From assembly GCF_009914755.1 (NCBI RefSeq), contig NC_060947.1: a DNA stretch of 64,000 bases. One strand, 5' to 3'. The notes under the pieces were generated by a model. That model was not told the origin of the DNA. It worked only from the letters and a program-made list of their open reading frames with translations, and did not search any database. Position numbers and translations under genes: made by a program. Below, in pieces: positions 36,491 through 55,998 of this stretch; positions within the stretch are counted from its first letter, which is position 1, and every line of letters starts with the position of its first letter. Source of the stretch: the human T2T-CHM13v2.0 reference genome, Homo sapiens.

Positions 36491-36514
36491 ACCCAGAAAA
36501 CCCCCACAATGACT

Positions 36515-38150
36515 AGGTGGGACTTCTGGAATGGCTGTATAAAGGAGCTCAGGGATATCTCTCCCCTGGAGAGACATATATTTAGCTGGTCAAAAATCAC
36601 AATCATTCAAAGTCCCTGGAGACTGATCAAAGGGCTTACAACAAATAGAGAAGCATTTATTCAATAGAATCTACAGAAATTCGATAAGAACAATAAGAGG
36701 CTGTAGCATTCGAGATAGGGACCACACAGGGACTGCACCTGTCCCCCCACAGCTCTGTTTTGCCAAAGAACTGTTTTAAGGAGTTCAGCAGCTAAGGGCA
36801 GATCCGCCCCTTGAGATGGAAGAGCTACTCGGGGTGGATTTGGCAGCTAGTAAACATTGGCAGATCCCATTTTCCACGGCTCCATGCTGTGGAAGGCCTA
36901 TATAGAGCAAGCGGCAGAAGCTGATGGCAGCAGCCATTTCTCTCCCCTGAACTCCAGCTAAAAACAGAGGAATCAGGTGAGGAAGCTGGTAAACAGTGTA
37001 GTCCCCCCTGCCCACACAGCTCTGTGTTGTCAAGAGAGCTACAGAGATGTGTTTGGCAGCTGAGTGGCAGCTCCCATCTCCTTCAACTTCCTAGGGTGAA
37101 AGAACTATTCTGAGTACTTTCAGCACCTGGTGAACACTGACAGATATCATACTCCCTGGTTTTGAGCTGTGGAAGATCCACACTGAGTAGCAGCAGAGGC
37201 AAAAGGAGGCACAGTTCATACCTCCTCCTTCCCGGCAACACAAAAACCCTGCTTCAGAGGGAGGATCTGGGTGGAACAGCCAATGAGGAGTGAGTTCCCC
37301 ATTTTCCCCAGCTCCTACTCTATAGTGCAGAGATTCTGCTCAGGGAAGGGTATAGCAAGTCTCAAAGACTAGAAAAACTTGTCCCTGACAAGGGACTCAA
37401 TGTTATTTTATTTTTATTTATTTTTATTTTTTCTTTTCTTTTCTTTTATTATTATTATACTTTAAGTTTTAGGGTACATGTGCACAATGTGCAGGTTAGT
37501 TACATATGTATACATGTGCCATGCTGGTGTGCTGCACCCATTAACTCGTCATTTAGCATTAGGTATATCTCCTAATGCTATCCCTCCCCCCTTCCCCCAC
37601 CCCACAACAGTCCCCAGAGTGTGATGTTCCCCTTCCTGTGTCCATGTGTTCTCACTGTTCAATTCCCACCTATGAGTGAGAACATGCGGTGTTTGGTTTT
37701 TTGTCCTTGCGATAGTTTACTGAGAATGATGATTTCCAATTTCATCCATGAAGGGACCCAATTTTAATTGGATCAGACTATGGAGCAATTTATACCACAA
37801 GGCATTGTCAAAAAGAAGGGAGCAATCAGCTATCGATTGGTTAAGTTTAACACCAATAGAGGTAGCAGAGAAATGCATGGATAAGGACCACACCTGTCCT
37901 GAAGAGGGACATCAGAGGTTGCACTGAACTAGTCCAGCAAGTAACTAAAAAAGAATAACCCTGGAGTGGAGGAAGGTGTCAGTATCCACAGTTGCTATAA
38001 CAAAGTGTTAGGAGACATGCAAAATGCAGAAAAGTGTGACCTTTACAAAGGAGGGGAAAAAAAAGCAGAAAATAGAAACTGCCTTTGAGGGAGCCCAGAT
38101 GTTGGAATTAGCAGAAAAGACTTCAAAGCAGCTATTATAAATACTCTCAG
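36515..38150 (+). mobile_element. Old L1 5' region (L1M4b-like) interrupted by L1PA3
   Basis: gacttctggaatggc...agaagcatttattcaatagaatctac start, and a pre-ORF1 cagatgttggaattagcagaaaagacttcaaagcagctattataaata motif. Confidence 0.65.
37406..37750 (-). mobile_element. L1PA3-like 3' fragment
   Basis: T-rich tail followed by the reverse complement of an L1 3'UTR (cctaatgctaaatgacgagttaatggg). TSD aagggacYcaatKtta at 37390-37405 and 37751-37766. Confidence 0.92.
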
Positions 38151-38461
38151 CTGGTGACTAAGAGCAGCAGGAATACTTAAGCAGGCTAATTCCTGTGAGA
38201 TATGGGTCTCTGATGGTCAACTTTGGCTCAAGGACTCCCAATACGCCTTGCCAAAACATCCTTGAAACTGCACCTTGGTCAAATAATTTCCCCACCCAAT
38301 CCTCCTCTTTTTCTTCCCTTTTTCCTCCAACGGGGTCAGACCTGCATGACCTGTGATGGCTGTCCCAGCCTCCTCCAGCTCCCTACCATTCATTTTCACT
38401 CTCAATAAATTTCTTGCACATCAAATCCCTTCTTGACATCTTTTTGTAGAACCTGAACACA
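38150..38461 (+). mobile_element. LTR16-type ERVL LTR
   Basis: caactttggctcaaggactccc, ggggtcagacctgcat, caataaatttcttgcacatc signatures. Confidence 0.65.
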
Positions 38462-38492
38462 AGCTTTCTGTAGAACCTGAACACAAGCTTTC
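38445..38492. repeat. Perfect 24-bp tandem duplication
   Basis: tgtagaacctgaacacaagctttc x2. Confidence 0.97.
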
Positions 38493-39169
38493 AATAAGGC
38501 GAGCCAGTAAGAAGCACGCTGATATGCCTGTCAAAATGTCCCTAAGAAAGGTTTAGCAATAGGAAGCACCAGGTATCTTTGAGGGCAGGGTTGCATGGTG
38601 GAGCAGATAACAGGAGGACTGGCTGAACCTTTATAGGTATGCAGTATGACCTTGGATATCTTTGGCCAAGCAAATTATCCTTACCCCACTTTTTGGAGAC
38701 TTTGGACACCAGACCCCTAGCTCACGTCAAACTGAAGTGCTGTACTCAAACAAGAGGATTAACTGGAAAGTTCCATGTATTAAACATGTTAAAATAAAGA
38801 CCCTCAGCCTTTATCTCTCAGAACCACTGCAGTCAGACTTAAATGCCCCTACGTACCCTTTCTCCCCCTAATACACATACCCTTAGCCCAAGGCAGAAGA
38901 TCAGAAGATTCTTCTGTCAAACTGACCTGCTTAAGAACAAAAGATCTACAGATAACGGATATCCATAAGGCGCTCAAAAAATGGCCTAGTCTTTGTCTGA
39001 TCACTGATAATGAATTTACCCATATACAGAGTGTTCCCAGGCACCTATTTAACACTTCCCTCTTAATATTTTTCTGAGGAAACTGTTCCCTGTATAAGGC
39101 AAAGAAAATTTCAAAAATATACTACTTTGAGATAGATAAGAATATGAAACCTATGAAGACAAGAGTATG

Positions 39170-41373
<2,204 letters not shown>

Positions 41374-43559
41374 TCAAACATTTTCTTACATAGGTGCCAC
41401 CATCTGCATATTTATTTACATGCCCATACATAGAGACACACACATTAAAATAAGAGAGCAAAAAAACCTTAAAGCATGAAAGACAGAAAACAGAGAGAGC
41501 ACAACTGTGAACTACTGTCCTTAGAAATCCCATCTTTCTCACTAAAACTACTAAGGTGACACCAGGGACATGCTTGCTTTGTAAGTAGTTCAACACAGGT
41601 CCTGGCTCTCTTCTTTTTTGGGAAGGGTTATTTTACATGCTACAAATTATAAAGCTCCCTGTCGAGGGTAACAATGCTGATGTAATTTGCTGGGGCTACA
41701 AGAGCATATCACCACCAACAAAAGCAAGCAAATTCTAGCTGTTTTATTTCTTGTTTAAACTTCATTTATTTAGTCAATTTAGTGTTTGTTCTCTATAATA
41801 ACAAAAAAAAATGCCTTTTGTTAAAATAGACACTTAAGCATTACCTAATGGTGGTAATACTCATTCAGGTCTGGGATACTCTAATAAATACAATGCTCTG
41901 TACCGCAGACTGATGGCTTTCCTACTTTAACGTAAGCACTCATTTTATACTGTCTCAATTCATAAGGAGCTTGATGCACTGTTAATGGAGTACTAAAAAA
42001 CACAATTAAAATGGCCTTTTCTTGTTTTATTTCTTGGTTAATTACAATGTTCAAACAGACTACTGGAAACAACTCCCTTTTAAAATTCTCAGTTTTGCCC
42101 TTTTTATCCTTTGTTTTAAAAAATATGGCATGGCTCTCATTAATGTCATTAGTTGCAATGCCTGATGAGAGAAAATGCTGACTTAGTGAACCTGGAATCA
42201 ATTTTCTGAATTAAAAAAGGTTTTTTTGTGAGACTACTTCAGGAATAGTATTTATTTTCTCAGAAGCCTTCACTGTAGGAAATGCTTTAAGTAGTACAGT
42301 AGGTGCTAGATTACCACATCTACATTCATGTAGTGAAATCATATGAAACTTCTTGAACATGTTCCTTCACCGCTTTTCAGCCATTTAACCTTACTGCAAC
42401 CTACAATTGTATGAGGAAGCATACAAAGACCTGAGAAGTTTCCTTCTCTAAGAAAACTAGACAAGTAACATGTCTTAGCTTTATATTTGTGGATTTAGGG
42501 ACAAGGGTTACGCTTGACTAAAGCCATACATAGTGTCAGGAAAGAAATTAGAAAACCTAGAGAGCAACTGGGGAAAGGGGAAAGAGAAAGGGAAGGGGGC
42601 CTTATATGCAGAGTTCAAGAGCAACTAGGTTAACAGCTCCAGGATGGAAGAGCCAGGAGTAGCCAAATGATAACATGGATAGGCTTCAGGGCCACTACTG
42701 GAGGACAGGCAAAGAAAAGGTAAACCCAAGGTGTAACCAAGATGACTTTAAGGAGAGACACCATATTCAAAGATGCAAAGTCAGACTCAGGACCCTGAGA
42801 GACGGAGTGCCCCTAAGAGCCAACAAAGAGATAGGAAGGACAATACCTAGCACAGATATACCCACTCCCGTGACAAAGTACCATAGGTGAGCTGCTTTCA
42901 ATAAGTCTAGGCTAGTACCCCCACAGCCCCAATGCCTAAGTCTTCAAAGAAAAGTTCAGCATCTTATGAGGTACAGACATTAAAGAAATAAGAAATATTG
43001 GAGAAGAGTACAGATGTGAGTGAGGTACAGAACAGGAACCTGTTATAATGATAATGGTTGGAGTAATATTGGGAATAAAGAGGTGCCAAGTTTTTAAAAG
43101 GATGGTATAATTACAGTAATTTGGACTGTCTGGTATATTCTGACTTTAGAGTGACTAAAATTAATAGCAAGTATTTAGAAATAGCATACATTCATATGAT
43201 GTACTTCTCTGCCTCACACTTTACAATCATATATCTAAGTATTTTAAATGTTGGGACGTGTTCCTAGACTGCTTATAAATACTACTGAAATGACATTAAA
43301 TATAACAGAAACAATAGATGGCAAAAAAATTTTTACTCTGTTCTCTAAAAAGGAGATGGGTAAAAATAAAAATAATTGTTACTGGATCAGCTACTGTGAG
43401 AGGTACACATTTGTAAAAGTATTTTAAAATTCTGTAAGTTTCTTGAGGGTGAAGACTATATGTTGTTCATTTCTGTTTGCCCTACAATGCTATGCACTAC
43501 CCGTGACAGATGACACACACAGTAGACAATAAATGTTTATCAAATGAGATTTTGAAAAA

Positions 43560-44060
43560 TTTAAATCCAGTGGAATATCCTGGAGCTTTAAAAAGAAAAA
43601 AGGACAATCTTAATACCATGCTATTGAGTGAACTCCAGAGTATCTACGACTTAATAAAACAAGAAGATGTAGAATAGTGTGTAGAATATGCCACCTTTTA
43701 TCCAAGGAAGAGGGAAATGTGTGTGTATGTATGTGTATGTAAAAACACACACAGCTACAATATTTACAATTTTAAAGCAAAGACAATGAGTATAAACTGA
43801 AAGCTAATGAAAATGATTACTTATGAAGGAGGGTGGGAACAGGGATAGAAAACATACTTCTTTGAAAATATTTTCTTTTATAGTTTGCCTTTGGAACCAC
43901 GTAAATGTTTTACATGATTATAAAAAATTAAATCACAATAAAAAACCCCCAAAAATCAAAATAAAACAATCTAAGAATATAGGAAGCTGGTGGCTAAACT
44001 GAAAAGAGACTAATTATTTTAGGTAAATTTTTCTTAAAAATCTTTTTATTTTGAAATAAT
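43560..44060 (+). mobile_element. Old L1MC/ME 3'UTR fragment
   Basis: Degenerate similarity to 2470-2820 (gagtgaactccag, tttggaaccacgtaaatgttttacat). Confidence 0.5.
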
Positions 44061-44489
44061 TTGAGACTGAGAACATCATTGACTGTTTTGCTTTTATAAA
44101 CCTAGCCACCACTTTTCCAGTAATGTAATTCTGCTCCCATGGTACCTTATCATTCTCAAACAACAACAACAACAACAACAAAAAACACCCCACTTTAATG
44201 TAGAGTTACAATAAAAAAAGATGGTCAGTGACAAGGTTCCCAAATGCTCTTAGATTTCCAATCATATGCAGATATAAGGAAGATGCCATCAGAACCTACC
44301 CATAAATGTTGCTTAAAAGATGTCTGACTTGACCATTTGAAGTAAAGAGCAGTGAAAATGTGACCCAAGAAAGACTGCTGTACAAAACCTGAAAATGGCC
44401 CCCAAAGCATTGCATCCCAGACACTTAGTACTGAAGCTGATTCCTTAATTGTCCCAGCTGCTCACCCACTTCAAAGCAGCATACTATGG

Positions 44490-45184
<695 letters not shown>

Positions 45185-45199
45185 CATGGTGATGATAAG

Positions 45200-45422
45200 C
45201 AAGGCCTTGGCAGTTTGACAAGATTGAGTTTGAATCTAGGTTTTGCCATTTACTCGACTGATATGTGAGCTTGAACAAGTCACTTAACTGTTTTCAAGCT
45301 GCAGTCCTCCTTTCTGTAAAATAGGCATAACATGGCACCTTTATAATAGGATTATAATGGGAACTGAGACACCTCTTAGCAAGGCGTCTCACATCACTGA
45401 AATGCTAAATAAATGTTAGCTT
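45200..45422 (+). mobile_element. MIR
   Basis: gagtttgaatc...cttgaacaagtcacttaac...tctgtaaaatagg...taaataaatgttagct. Confidence 0.65.
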
Positions 45423-46570
45423 TGTTAGATAAAACTCTGTAATAGTCTGTCTCTATTTGAAAGTAATATCATTAGAATTAAGATTCTTTAAAATCACATT
45501 AAAACTCACGATAAGAGCTTCTAGGGGGGCAGTTCCAAGATGGCTGAATAGGAACAGCTCCAGTCCACAGCTCCCAGCGTGAGCGACGCAGAAGACGGGT
45601 GATTTCTGCATTTCCAACTGAGGTACCGGGTTCATCTCACTGGGGCTTGTCGGACAGTGGGTGCAGGACAGTGGGTGCAGCCCACCGAGTGTGAGCCAAA
45701 GCAGGGCGAGACATCGCCTCACCCGGGAAGTGCAAGGGTTCAGGGAATTCCCTTTCCTAGCCAAGGGAAGCTGTGACAGATGGCATCTGGAAAATCGCGT
45801 CACTCTCACCCTGATACTGCGCTCCACCCTGATACTGTGCTTTTCCAATGGTCTTAGCAAACAGCACACCAGGAGATTATATCCTGTGCCTGGCTCAGAG
45901 GGTCCCACACCCACGGAGCCTCACTCCTTGCTAGCACAGCAGTCTGAGATCGAACTGCAAGGCGGCAGCAAGGCTGGGGGAGGGGTGCCCGCCATTGCTG
46001 AGGCTTAAGTAGGTAAACAAAGCGGCCAGGAAGCTCAAACTGGGTGGAGCCCACCGCAGCTCAAGGAGGCCTTCCTGCCTCTGTAGACTCCACCTCTGGG
46101 GGCAGGGTATAGACAAACGAAAGGCAGCAGAAACCTCTGCAGACTTAAATGTCCCTGACTGACAGCCTGGAAGACAGTAGTGGTTCTCCCAGCATGGAGT
46201 TTTAGATCTGAGAACGGACAGACTGCCTCCTCAAGTGGGTCCCTGACCCCCAAGTAGCCTAACTGGGAGGCACCCCCCGGCAAGGGCAGACTGACATCTC
46301 ACATGGCTGGGTACCCCTCTGAGACGAAGCTTCCAGAGGAACGATCAGGCAGCAACATTTGCTGTTCAGCAATATTCGCTGTTCTGCAGCCTCCGCAGCT
46401 GATACTCAGGCAAACAGGATCTGGAGTGGACCTCCAGCAAACTCCAACAGACCTGCAGCTGAGGGTCCTGACTGTTAGAAGGAAAACTAACAAACAGAAA
46501 GGACATCCACACCAAAACCCCATCTGTACGTCACCATGATCAAAGACCAAAGGTAGATAAAACCACAAAG

Positions 46571-47582
46571 ATAGGGAAAAAACAGAGCAGAAAAGCTGAA
46601 AATTCTAAAAATCAGAGTGCCTCTCCCCCTCCAAAGGAACGCAGCTCCTTGCCAGCAACGGAACAAAGCTGGACAGAGAATGACTTTGACGAGTTGAGAG
46701 AAGAAGGCTTCGGATGATTAAACTTCTCTGAGCTAAAGGAGGAAGTTTGAACCCATCGCAAAGAAGCTAAAAACCTTGAAAAAAGATGAGACGAATGGCT
46801 AACTAGAATAACTAATGTAGAAAAGTCCTTAAATGACCTGATGGAGCTGAAAATCATGGCACGAGAACTACGTGACAAATGCACAAGCTTCAGTAGCCGA
46901 TTTGATCAACTGGAAGAAAGGGTATCAGTGACTGAAGATCAAATGAATGAAATGAAGCGAGAAGAGAAGTTTAGAGAAAAAAGAGTAAAAAGAAACGAAC
47001 AAAGCCTTCAAGAAATATGGGACTATGTGAAAAGACCAAATCTACGTCTGATTGGTGTACCTGAAAGTGATGGGGAGAGTGGAACCAAGTTGGAAAACAC
47101 TCTGCAGGATATTATCCAGGAGAACTTCCCCAACCTAGCAAGGCAGGCCAACATTCAAATTCAGGAAATACAGAGACCACCACAAAGATACTCCTCGCGA
47201 AGAGCAACTCCAAGATACATAACTGTCAGATTCACCAAAGTTGAAGGAAAAAATGCTAAGGGCAGCCAGAGAGAAAGGTCAGGTTACCCACAAAGGGAAG
47301 CCCATCAGACTAGCAGCAGATCTCTCAGCAGAAACTCTACAAGCCAGAAGAGAGTGGGGGCCAATATTCAACATTCTTAAAGAAAAGAATTTTCAACCCG
47401 GAATTTCATATCCAGCCAAACTAAGCTTCATAAGTGAAAGAGAAATAAAATCCTTTGCAGACAAGCAAATGCTGAGAGATTTTGTCACCACCAGGCCTGC
47501 CCTACAAGAGCTCCTGAAGGAAGCACTAAATATAGAAAGGAAAAACTGATACCAGCCACTGCAAAAACATGCCAAATTGTAA
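46571..47582 (+). pseudogene. L1 ORF1p remnant (disrupted)
   Basis: ATG mutated to ATA at 46571, in-frame stops, frameshift near 47245. Track ORFs 46841-47380 and 47241-47549 give ORF1p sequence (RPNLRLIGVPE, ISYPAKLSF). Confidence 0.92.
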
Positions 47583-47645
47583 AGACCATCGATGCTAGGA
47601 AGAAATTGCAGCAACTAACAAGCAAAATAACCAGCTAACATCATA

Positions 47646-51475
<3,830 letters not shown>

Positions 51476-52800
51476 ACAATGAAAACACTTGGACACAGGG
51501 TGGGGAACATCACACACCGGGGCCTGTCGTTGGGTGGAGGGAGGGGGGAGGGATAGCATTAGGAGATATACCTAATGTAAATGACGAGTTAATGGGTGCA
51601 GCACACCAACATGGCACATGTATACATATGTTACAAACCTGCACGTTGTGCACATGTACCCTAGAACTTAAAGTATAATAATAAAAAAAAAGAAATGCAA
51701 ATAAAGATTTTGAAGGGAAAAAAAGAGCTTCTAATCATGCAAATTTAATTGGAATAGGACTTTCTTTACCCACTGAACTAGAAAATTGAATAAGATGTAT
51801 GAAACAAATATTATCAGGCACTGAGACAATAGGCAGTAAAAGATTGTGATTCCTATGGAAAGGGAAATGAATGGAATGAGTACCAAATGAGAGCCTGGCT
51901 TCTTCCTGGAAGCAATTTCCAGTATGCAGCACAGGGAGGGGAAGCAAAGCCGTGCATGCAGTGTCACTGAGTAGAGAAAACAGAGATTATGGTTTGGGGA
52001 GGATGAGGGAGATGGAATGTTCAGGAGAGGGTACTGAAAAGAAGGGACTGAGGTATAAAAAAAGTCCCAACAATACTTTAATAATAATTTGTCCTTGCAT
52101 AACTTGAAACTCCATGAGGCTGGTCAAAAAGAGCAGGGAGATACTGCAGTTCTAACCAGACACAGTAGAGAGACCTCACTGAAATGCTAAGGATAATTCA
52201 CACCTAAGTAGTGGAGCTAAATTTGGCACTAAAATAATGGCTATTCTAGATATAGTCTAATGAAGAAAGCAGCAAATTGTAAAATATAACCAAAAGAAAA
52301 ACTAGTCAATACAAATAGACCTATAAATGATAGCTATGTAGGCATTACAAGGCAGGAATTTCAAAATAGCTTATGAATATGCTCAAAGATTTAAAAGAAA
52401 GCATGGACATAATGAGAAAAGAAATACAAAAAAATAAATAGGAACAAAATGGAGCTTCTAGAATTAAAAAAATATATTATCTCAAATGAAAAAGTCACTG
52501 GATGAACTAAACAGATTAGACAATGCATGAAAAGTATAAAATTAAAATACAGAAGCTTAATGACATGTGGGACAATATAAAGGGGTCTAACATACATGTA
52601 ACTGGAGCCCTTCAAAGGAGAGAAGAGACAAATGGAGAAGAAAAATACCCTAAAGAAATAAAGCCCAAAAAATTTTCAAATGTTATGTAAACTATAAGCC
52701 CATAGATATAAGAAGCTCAAAGAATCTCAAGCAAATTAAAATACAAATAAAAAAAGGCACTAAGGCAGATTATCAACAAATTGCATAAAACCAGTGATAA

Positions 52801-53090
<290 letters not shown>

Positions 53091-54456
53091 AAAAAAACAA
53101 AATTTTTTAATTCAGAAAAAAGGATACACTGCATAAAGGAAGAACAAAGAAAAAAGATCAGTTCATGATAATAACACAGTCAACTCATCAAGAGGACATA
53201 ATAATCCTAAATGTATAAGTATCTAATAACAGAACTTCAAAATACATAAAAGACAAAAGTGATAAAAGTATATGAACAGACAAATCCAAAATTATAATTG
53301 ATAAAACAAGTAGGCAGAAAATGAATGAGGATATAGAAAAGTTGAACAATACTATTAACTAACTTGATCTTAGTCTCCAACTTAATAAACTAGAAGATGA
53401 GAAAATTAAAGCAAAATAAGCCCATGAAAGGAAAACATAAAGACCAAAGTTGAAATAAATAGAATAGGAAAAAGTAAATCAACAGAAAACATAAATGAAA
53501 CAAAAAATGGGTTCTTGAAATAGATCAATGAATTGATAAACCTCTAGCCAGGCTGCTCAGAAAAAAAAAAAGAGAGAAAACACATGAACTAATAATGTTA
53601 AGGATAAAGAAAGGTAACATCACTAAAGGTTTTACAGATATACTAAGAATAATGAATGTTACAAACAACTCCATGCCAATAAATTTACCCACTTAGGTAA
53701 AACAGACAAATTTCATGAAAGAAACAACCAAACCTCACTTAAGACGAAATAAACTGAATATTCCTATAACTATAAAAAATAGAATTTTTAGTTAAAAATC
53801 GTCCTTCAAAGAAAACTTCAGGCCAAGATGAACTCTACCAAACATGAAGAAATAATACCACATCTACACAAACCTTTCCCCCAAAATTGAAAAGGAACAC
53901 TTTCTAATTCACTCTATGAGCTCAGCATTACCTTGATATCAAAACCAGTTAAAGACTATTATAACAAAAGAAAACTAGAGGCCAATATGCAGTTTTTAGA
54001 ATACAGGTTGGTTGATCACTACAAAATTAATCAATATAATTCATGATGTCAATAAACTAAAAAGGTCATCTCAATAAATGCAGAAAAAGCATTTGACAAA
54101 ATCCAACATCCATTCCTACTGAAAATTCTCAGCAAACTTGGAATAGAAAGAAACTTCTTCAACCTCAAAAAGGTCATCCACAAAAACCTACAGCTAATAT
54201 TAATACTTAATGGTAAACAATCTAATGTTTTTTCTCTAAGGAATAAGAAAACATTTGCTGTCATGACTTCTATTCAACATTATACTGGAGGAGACATCTA
54301 GCCAGTCAGTGCAATAAGGCCAGAAAACCAAACAAGAGGAATCCAGATTGGAAAGGAAGATGTAATTAATGCTGATTGTATTCAAGATGACATAACTGAC
54401 ATATAATCATCCATGGAGAAAATCAGAGAGAGTCTACAAAAAAGCTATTAGAACTA

Positions 54457-54611
54457 CAGGTTGAATATCTCTTATCCAAAGTCCTTGGGACCAGAAGTGT
54501 TTTGGATTTAGGTATTAGCTATGGAATATTCCAGTTGTGATGTCATATAGGCACTCAAAAAGTTTCAGGTTTTGGAGCATTCTGAATTTTTGGACTAGAG
54601 AGCTCAATGTG
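54457..54611. mobile_element. Tigger4a-like (Zombi) MITE
   Basis: ta|caggttgaatatctcttatccaaa..ttgggaccagaagtgttttggattt and caaaaagtttcaggttttggagcatt. Confidence 0.75.
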
Positions 54612-54910
54612 TTCTGAGTTTTGTAAGACTGTAGAATACAAGACTGATATACAATTGTATATCAGTTGTATTTATATATTCCAGAAGTTAAAAAAAGGAT
54701 ATTGAAACTAGAAAAATTTTGTAATAGCATCAAATATATGAAATACAGAGAAAAATTCTTACAAAACGTTGAAAAAACATTTATACTAAAAACTATAAAA
54801 TGCTGCTGAGAGATATATGAGAGATACAAATAAAAGAATGATATTGGGTTGATGGGTTGGAAGACTCAGTATCATTAATATGTCAGTTCTCCCCCAAATT
54901 ATTCTACATA

Positions 54911-55045
54911 TAGGCCATACTTACTTTGCACAGTGCTAGTACTGTGTTAACTGAAACATGAATATTGGAACTGTGCATGGTGAGGCCTTGGTTTCAATAT
55001 GCACGTTTCATTTAACATAGTGCCATGCAAGGTGAGGACTACCTG
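54911..55045. mobile_element. Fold-back Tigger-family MITE (MER82-like ends)
   Basis: TA on both sides, inside L1 ORF2. Long imperfect inverted arms ending gtgaggactacctg. Confidence 0.6.
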
Positions 55046-55081
55046 TATTCAACATAATCCCAATAAAAATCCCAGGAGGCC

Positions 55082-55084
<3 letters not shown>

Positions 55085-55140
<56 letters not shown>
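55085..55140. repeat. (TG)28 microsatellite
   Basis: Perfect dinucleotide run. Confidence 0.98.
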
Positions 55141-55146
<6 letters not shown>

Positions 55147-55167
55147 GAAATGGACAAACTAATTCTA

Positions 55168-55550
<383 letters not shown>

Positions 55551-55998
55551 ATTTTTTAAAAAATCCAAAGACACATAAAATTACAGTAATCAAGATAGTG
55601 TGGTATTACCCTAAAGACAGATCAATAAGTCTATGAAACAATATAGAGTTTTGAAACATACCCACACAGGTATGTACAATCAAATTTTAACAAAATTGCA
55701 AGGGGAAATTCAATGGAGAAAAGATAATCTTTTCAACAAATGATGCTGGAACAACTATATATATGGAAAAAAAAGACAAGACCAAAAAAAAAGACAACTT
55801 GTATCCAGACTTCAGAAAATATCTAAAAATTAACTCAAAATGGACCAAAGACCTAAATGTAAAACCTAAAACTATTAAATTTCTATTAAAAAAAAGGAGA
55901 AAAGCTTTCCAACCTTGGATTAGGCAAAGATTTCTTAGAAGGAGCACCAAAAGTACAATTCATAAAACAATACGTCGACAAATTGGACTTTATTAAAA

